This document shows, in pieces, positions 63,669-64,000 of a stretch of 64,000 nt of DNA. The DNA is from Podarcis cretensis (taxonomy: Eukaryota). The position numbers and the translations under genes were made by a program. The stretch spans positions 73,036,001 to 73,100,000 of the forward strand of contig OX638150.1 of assembly GCA_951804945.1 (NCBI GenBank). The letters are read 5' to 3'. A model generated the notes under the pieces. That model saw only the letters and a program-made list of their open reading frames with translations. It was not told where the DNA came from and made no database searches. Every line of letters begins with the position of its first letter. The stretch's first letter is position 1.

Positions 63669-64000
63669 TAAAGGTAAAGGTACCCCTGTCCGTACGGGCC
63701 AGTCTTGACAGACTTTGGGGTTGTGCGCCCATTTCACTTAAGAGGCCAGGGGCCAGCGCTGTCCGGAGACACTTCCGGGTCACGTGGCCAGCGTGACAAA
63801 GCTGCATCTGGCGAGCCAGAGCCGCACACGGAAACGCCGTTTACCTTCCCGCTGGTAAGCAGTCCCTATTTATCTACTTGCACCCGGAGGTGCTTTCGAA
63901 CTGCTAGGTTGGCAGGCGCTGGGACCGAGCAGCGGGAGCGCACCCCGCCGCAGGGATTCGAACCGCCGACCTTTCGATCGGCAAGTCCTAGGCGCTGAGG
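63669..64000 (-). mobile_element. Sauria SINE, young (cut by window end)
   Basis: Reverse complement of 62726-63057 with few differences. Confidence 0.93.

Overview
Vertebrate (squamate, probably lacertid lizard) genomic DNA, not prokaryotic. The window lies entirely inside one minus-strand gene, CACNA2D2 (voltage-gated Ca2+ channel auxiliary subunit alpha2delta-2). I reconstructed 21 consecutive coding exons (546-50304, roughly mammalian exons 15-35) with AG acceptors and compatible phases. All donors are GT except an 18-nt microexon with a GC donor that corresponds to mammalian exon 23. No further exon was found in 50305-64000. The introns hold a young 5'-truncated Bov-B (RTE) LINE with an uninterrupted ORF and a complex fold-back 5' junction, five Sauria SINEs, Tc2/mariner-type and hAT-type MITEs, CR1/L2 relics, a Penelope-derived hairpin with a degenerate hammerhead motif, microsatellites and one assembly gap. 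The most interesting structures are an inverted MITE pair bracketing two frame-symmetric exons, the GC-AG microexon, the Bov-B junction, a triple splice acceptor and a near-identical inverted SINE pair. Gene and repeat-family names come from my recall of homologous sequences, not from database searches. Most short ORFs in the supplied track are spurious.
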